Shown: piece after piece, positions 60,729-64,000 of the stretch | Layout of the letters: every line of letters begins with the position of its first letter | Numbering within the stretch: the stretch's first letter is position 1 | NCBI GenBank assembly: GCA_963796455.1 | Contig: CAWCLO010000004.1 | Span: forward strand, 672,001-736,000 | DNA from: Candidatus Sulfomarinibacteraceae bacterium | GTDB lineage: Bacteria > Acidobacteriota > Thermoanaerobaculia > Thermoanaerobaculales > Sulfomarinibacteraceae | Length of the DNA: 64,000 nucleotides | Direction of reading: 5' to 3' | Translations under genes and position numbers: made by a program | The notes under the pieces: generated by a model | The model's input: only the letters and a program-made list of their open reading frames with translations | Told to the model about the DNA's origin: nothing | The model's database searches: none

Positions 60729-62501
60729 TCCGAAGGTCGGCGAAATGACCCTCTGCTCCAGGGTCTTTTCGAGTTCCTCGAAAGTGACTCCAAGCCTGCG
60801 TGCGGTACCTACGGCAAGAGAGGTCGTCGCGACGCCCGGGATGAATCGGAAGGTGGCGCCCTGGTCCTCGCGGACCTCGGCCTGGAGAAAGGAGAGACCC
60901 TCGATCGAGGGAGCACTCTGTTGACCCTCGGCAAAATCGAGGAAGTGGGTGGTGACAAAGGCGATGGGGTCGAGTTGGCGCAAAAGACGGAGAACCATTT
61001 CGACGATTTCGATCGCCTCGGAGGGGTTGGTCCCCGAGCACAGCTCGTCGAGAAGCACCACCGATTGCGGAGGAACGCTCTGGAAGAGGGTCCGTAACCG
61101 CATCATTTCGGTGCCGAGGCGGCCCTCGGCCTGATCCGCCCGGTCGAATTCGACGATCGACGCAAAAAGGCTCGATGCGAGGGGGAGGCGGGCTTGCCGG
61201 CACGGGGCGTAGAGGCCGGACTGGGCGAGAACCTGGGTGATTCCGATCGCCTGCAGAAGGCGGGTCTTGCCGCCGGAATTGGGCCCGGTGATCAGATTGA
61301 TGGGCGACGTGCCGGACATCGAGAGATCCGACGGCACCGGCTCATCGACGATTCCCAACAGCAGGGGATTGAAAAGGCCCTCGACCTCGAAAACTTCGTG
61401 TGGTCCGAGCAAGGGGAGGCACACATGCAGACCCCTGGCTCGGGCTTGCGCGGCAAAGGACCGGCTTGAAGCATAGACCTCGAGGTGTCCTGTCAGCTGG
61501 ACCACCCTGGCCATTGCCGGTGCGATCTCGCGAAAGACACCCATCACCAATCGCTCTGCGATCTCGTTGCCGCGCAGGCTGTATCGGTGATAAACGGCGC
61601 GAAAACGATCCAACCATCGGCGCAGGGGCCGACGGAAAAATGGGTTTCGCCTTCGCTCGCGAAGGCCTCGGATCTCGAGGTGCCGCAGCCGTCCGTCATC
61701 ACCAACTGTCGCCTCGATTTCGAGGGTCGCCATCGAATCGTGGTGATCGAGCAGGGCTTCGAGTCGTTCGAAGGCGGGTGTCGCCCGGATCAGATTTCCT
61801 ACCTCGGTGAGACGTTGCAGACCAGATGTGCTGTGCTCGAATGCATCCGCCATGTGGACGACAACCGATCGAAAGGTTCGGAGCACGTCGAATCGAAAAC
61901 GCAAAGGTTCCAACCGGGCGTCGTCACGGGAAGCGCGCAGCAGGGTCAGAAGGTGATTGATTGACAGCAGCAATTCGTCGGTCGCCGGCCCGAGCTCTGG
62001 TTTTTCTGCGAGCTCCCGGAGAATCGTCTGGCGGTATCGTATGGTCTCGAGATCGGTCGGCGGTGTCTCCAACACCCGCTCGATAAACCTCCGGTGCTTT
62101 GTAACGCGTCTCCCGTTGTGATCGGGGCTCAGGCAATCGCGCACGAGATCGGGGAGGAAGAGGTCGTTGGCGAAATGGGCCGGTTCCCACTCGGTTCGAC
62201 CGCATCCCTGGGCGTCGAGTTCGCGGTCGATTTCGCCGGCGCTGGCGCGGCCGAGGAACGCGAGATCGAGGTACCCGATGAGCTTTTCAGGATCCGAGCC
62301 GGTGCCCCCGGCGGGTGAGAGGAGATCCGGCAGCGGGATCTTCCACAGCTCCTCCTCGGTTTTCCGACGGCGGCCGAAACCGAAGATGTTCGCGAGCCGG
62401 CCCAACGGTGTCTTGTCCCGGCTCCGGTCGGCCGCATCCTCGACGACACTTCCAGGCCCGTGCTCGGCGCGCCGGCGCAGGGTGGATTTGCGAACTGCCA
62501 T
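60684..62501 (-). CDS. MutS-family domain V ATPase (no mismatch-recognition domain)
   Basis: LITGPNSGGKT, LAQSG, EGRLGTE, LLDELCSGTNP and VTTHF. Confidence 0.88.
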   Translation of the reverse strand: MAVRKSTLRRRAEHGPGSVVEDAADRSRDKTPLGRLANIFGFGRRRKTEEELWKIPLPDLLSPAGGTGSDPEKLIGYLDLAFLGRASAGEIDRELDAQGCGRTEWEPAHFANDLFLPDLVRDCLSPDHNGRRVTKHRRFIERVLETPPTDLETIRYRQTILRELAEKPELGPATDELLLSINHLLTLLRASRDDARLEPLRFRFDVLRTFRSVVVHMADAFEHSTSGLQRLTEVGNLIRATPAFERLEALLDHHDSMATLEIEATVGDDGRLRHLEIRGLRERRRNPFFRRPLRRWLDRFRAVYHRYSLRGNEIAERLVMGVFREIAPAMARVVQLTGHLEVYASSRSFAAQARARGLHVCLPLLGPHEVFEVEGLFNPLLLGIVDEPVPSDLSMSGTSPINLITGPNSGGKTRLLQAIGITQVLAQSGLYAPCRQARLPLASSLFASIVEFDRADQAEGRLGTEMMRLRTLFQSVPPQSVVLLDELCSGTNPSEAIEIVEMVLRLLRQLDPIAFVTTHFLDFAEGQQSAPSIEGLSFLQAEVREDQGATFRFIPGVATTSLAVGTARRLGVTFEELEKTLEQRVISPTFGSEEIGQLPPRDDGE

Positions 62502-62659
62502 AGGCTGAGTTTACTCCTTCATCTGGAGATGGTTTCGAGATTCTGTGGTCGTGTCGAAAAACGGAAAGCTTTCCCGATTCGAGAAAACCCAAGCAGTACC
62601 GATTCGTAAGACCGGAAGGGCCGCCCGCGGGCGACCTCGACCGAATGGAGGATCTCGTG

Positions 62660-63649
62660 ATGAGAAATGCGCTCACGACCGCTGCCACTGTGTTTTCGAT
62701 TCTGGTGTCCTCTGTCGTTGTCGCCGGGCAGTCTCCCTGCCTGGCTCGGGGGCCCGTTCTCGGCCAGGGACCGGCCCCATCCCAACCCTCCATCTTTGCA
62801 CCGGGCATCGCTTCGACGGAACACCACGATGATTGGCCGCCGGTCTTCAGCCCGAACGGGCGCGAGATGATCTTGAGGATTCTGGGCAAGGTGGCCGGTG
62901 AGACCACCGGTGTTTTCTTCAGCAGCACCCAAGACGAAACGGGTTGTTGGTCGGAGCCTCGACCGCTCCCATTCTCGGGCACGACGATGGACGGCGCCAT
63001 CATTTATGCGGCGGATGGCGACACGCTCTATTTCACATCCAAGAGACTGATCGAGGGTGAAGACCGCGTCGAAAGCCCGAGATCGAGGATCTGGTTCAGC
63101 GATCGCAAGGAGACTGGCTGGAGTGATCCGATCATGCTCGACACCCCGATCAACAGGTTTCATATCAACGGTGGCATCTCCATGGCCGCTGACGGTACGA
63201 TCTTCGCGGCCATGGCGGCGCCAGGCGGGTTGGGGATGCACGATATCTACGTGGTGCCGTTGATCGACGGTCGTTACCCCGGCTTTTTTCCGATTCCGGG
63301 TCTGATCAACACCTCGGATCAGGAGGTGGCCCCGGCGATGGATCCGCAGCAGCGCTTTCTTCTCTACACGGTGCGTACCAAAGATGGAACGACCATCGTC
63401 GTCAGCACACCGGATGAAAACGGCCAGTGGTCGAAGGGTCGAGGAATAGGGATCCTCGACGGCACCGGTGCGAAATTCGGTTCCATCACGAGGGATGGCT
63501 CGACCATGTTCTACGTCAGTCACCGCCAATGCGACGAATGCAATCCCCCGGCGTTGTGGCACATCGATCTTTTCGACGGCCCCGCCCTCGATGCCAATGC
63601 GGATATCTATTGGCTGACCGCAGCCGGTATATTGACCACGATCCACTGA
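62660..63649 (+). CDS. Secreted PD40/TolB-like beta-propeller protein
   Basis: GGAGG RBS; FAPGIAST, VFSPNG, DGDTLYFTSKR, GGLGMHDIY and ITRDG..MFY. Confidence 0.82.
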   Translation: MRNALTTAATVFSILVSSVVVAGQSPCLARGPVLGQGPAPSQPSIFAPGIASTEHHDDWPPVFSPNGREMILRILGKVAGETTGVFFSSTQDETGCWSEPRPLPFSGTTMDGAIIYAADGDTLYFTSKRLIEGEDRVESPRSRIWFSDRKETGWSDPIMLDTPINRFHINGGISMAADGTIFAAMAAPGGLGMHDIYVVPLIDGRYPGFFPIPGLINTSDQEVAPAMDPQQRFLLYTVRTKDGTTIVVSTPDENGQWSKGRGIGILDGTGAKFGSITRDGSTMFYVSHRQCDECNPPALWHIDLFDGPALDANADIYWLTAAGILTTIH

Positions 63650-63704
63650 CCCTTGATTGTTAGATCGCAAGGTTGAACGGCGAGCTCGTGGCACAATAGC
63701 CTGC

Positions 63705-64000
63705 GTGAAGATACCCGCCTCCCGCGACGAAGCCATCGCCCTCGATGCCTCCGACCCGATCGGAGAGTTTCGAGGGTCTTTTCTTCTTCCGCCCGACGTG
63801 ATCTATCTCGATGGCAACTCCCTCGGACCACCGCCCCGGAAAACCATCGGTCGGGTCGAAGATGTTCTCGTACGGGAGTGGGGCGGCGAGCTCATTCGGA
63901 GCTGGAACTCTCACGCCTGGATCGATCTGCCGCAACGGGTAGCCGCCAAGATCGCGCCATTGATCGGCGCCGGGCCACACGAAATCGCGGTCGCGGATTC
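63705..64000 (+). CDS. kynU: Kynureninase (partial, runs off the window)
   Basis: Manual translation from GTG 63705: ...ALDASDPIGEFRGSFLLPPDVIYLDGNSLG...EWGGELIRSWN..WIDLP...IAPLIGA..HEIAVAD. Confidence 0.9.
   Translation, partial: MKIPASRDEAIALDASDPIGEFRGSFLLPPDVIYLDGNSLGPPPRKTIGRVEDVLVREWGGELIRSWNSHAWIDLPQRVAAKIAPLIGAGPHEIAVAD

Overview
High-GC bacterial chromosomal window. A C-terminal 'FADGFESG..W' protein, a membrane-tailed Hanks kinase and multiheme cytochromes suggest an Acidobacteriota/Thermoanaerobaculia-like sediment organism (inference only). I found no rRNA, tRNA, CRISPR array, integrase or transposase. Layout: (1) an RND efflux pair at the left edge. (2) An ~18 kb accessory island (~3.6-21.9 kb) of about 13 unrelated, mostly single-gene units in mixed orientation plus gene remnants. 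Nearly every junction carries an 8-bp TGGCACCC/GGGTGCCA motif (12 exact copies seen plus variants), arranged as 11-bp-period doublets, short empty palindromes, ~76-bp hairpins and inverted pairs that bracket genes or gene fragments. This is the best candidate for an undescribed cassette-capture system. (3) sucA-sucB-lpdA. (4) A GMC oxidoreductase/TPP-enzyme operon, sulfatase, TonB receptor and an ankyrin-tetraheme cytochrome fusion. (5) An operon coupling an FHA-GAF-PP2C/RsbW/STAS partner switch to an MlaE/F/D-PqiC lipid transporter, divergent from a patatin. (6) A cNMP-domain aspartase. (7) A reductive-type octaheme HAO + NapC/NirT multiheme + porin operon with an FNR-like box. (8) GH109, MBL hydrolase, a degenerate-MBL/2-hydroxyacid dehydrogenase fusion, YgbA, NRAMP, a stand-alone MutS ATPase, a PD40 protein and partial kynureninase. 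Several genes carry single-base frameshifts, mostly inside the island; these may be long-read errors or real decay. All product calls come from motif recognition by eye, not database searches.
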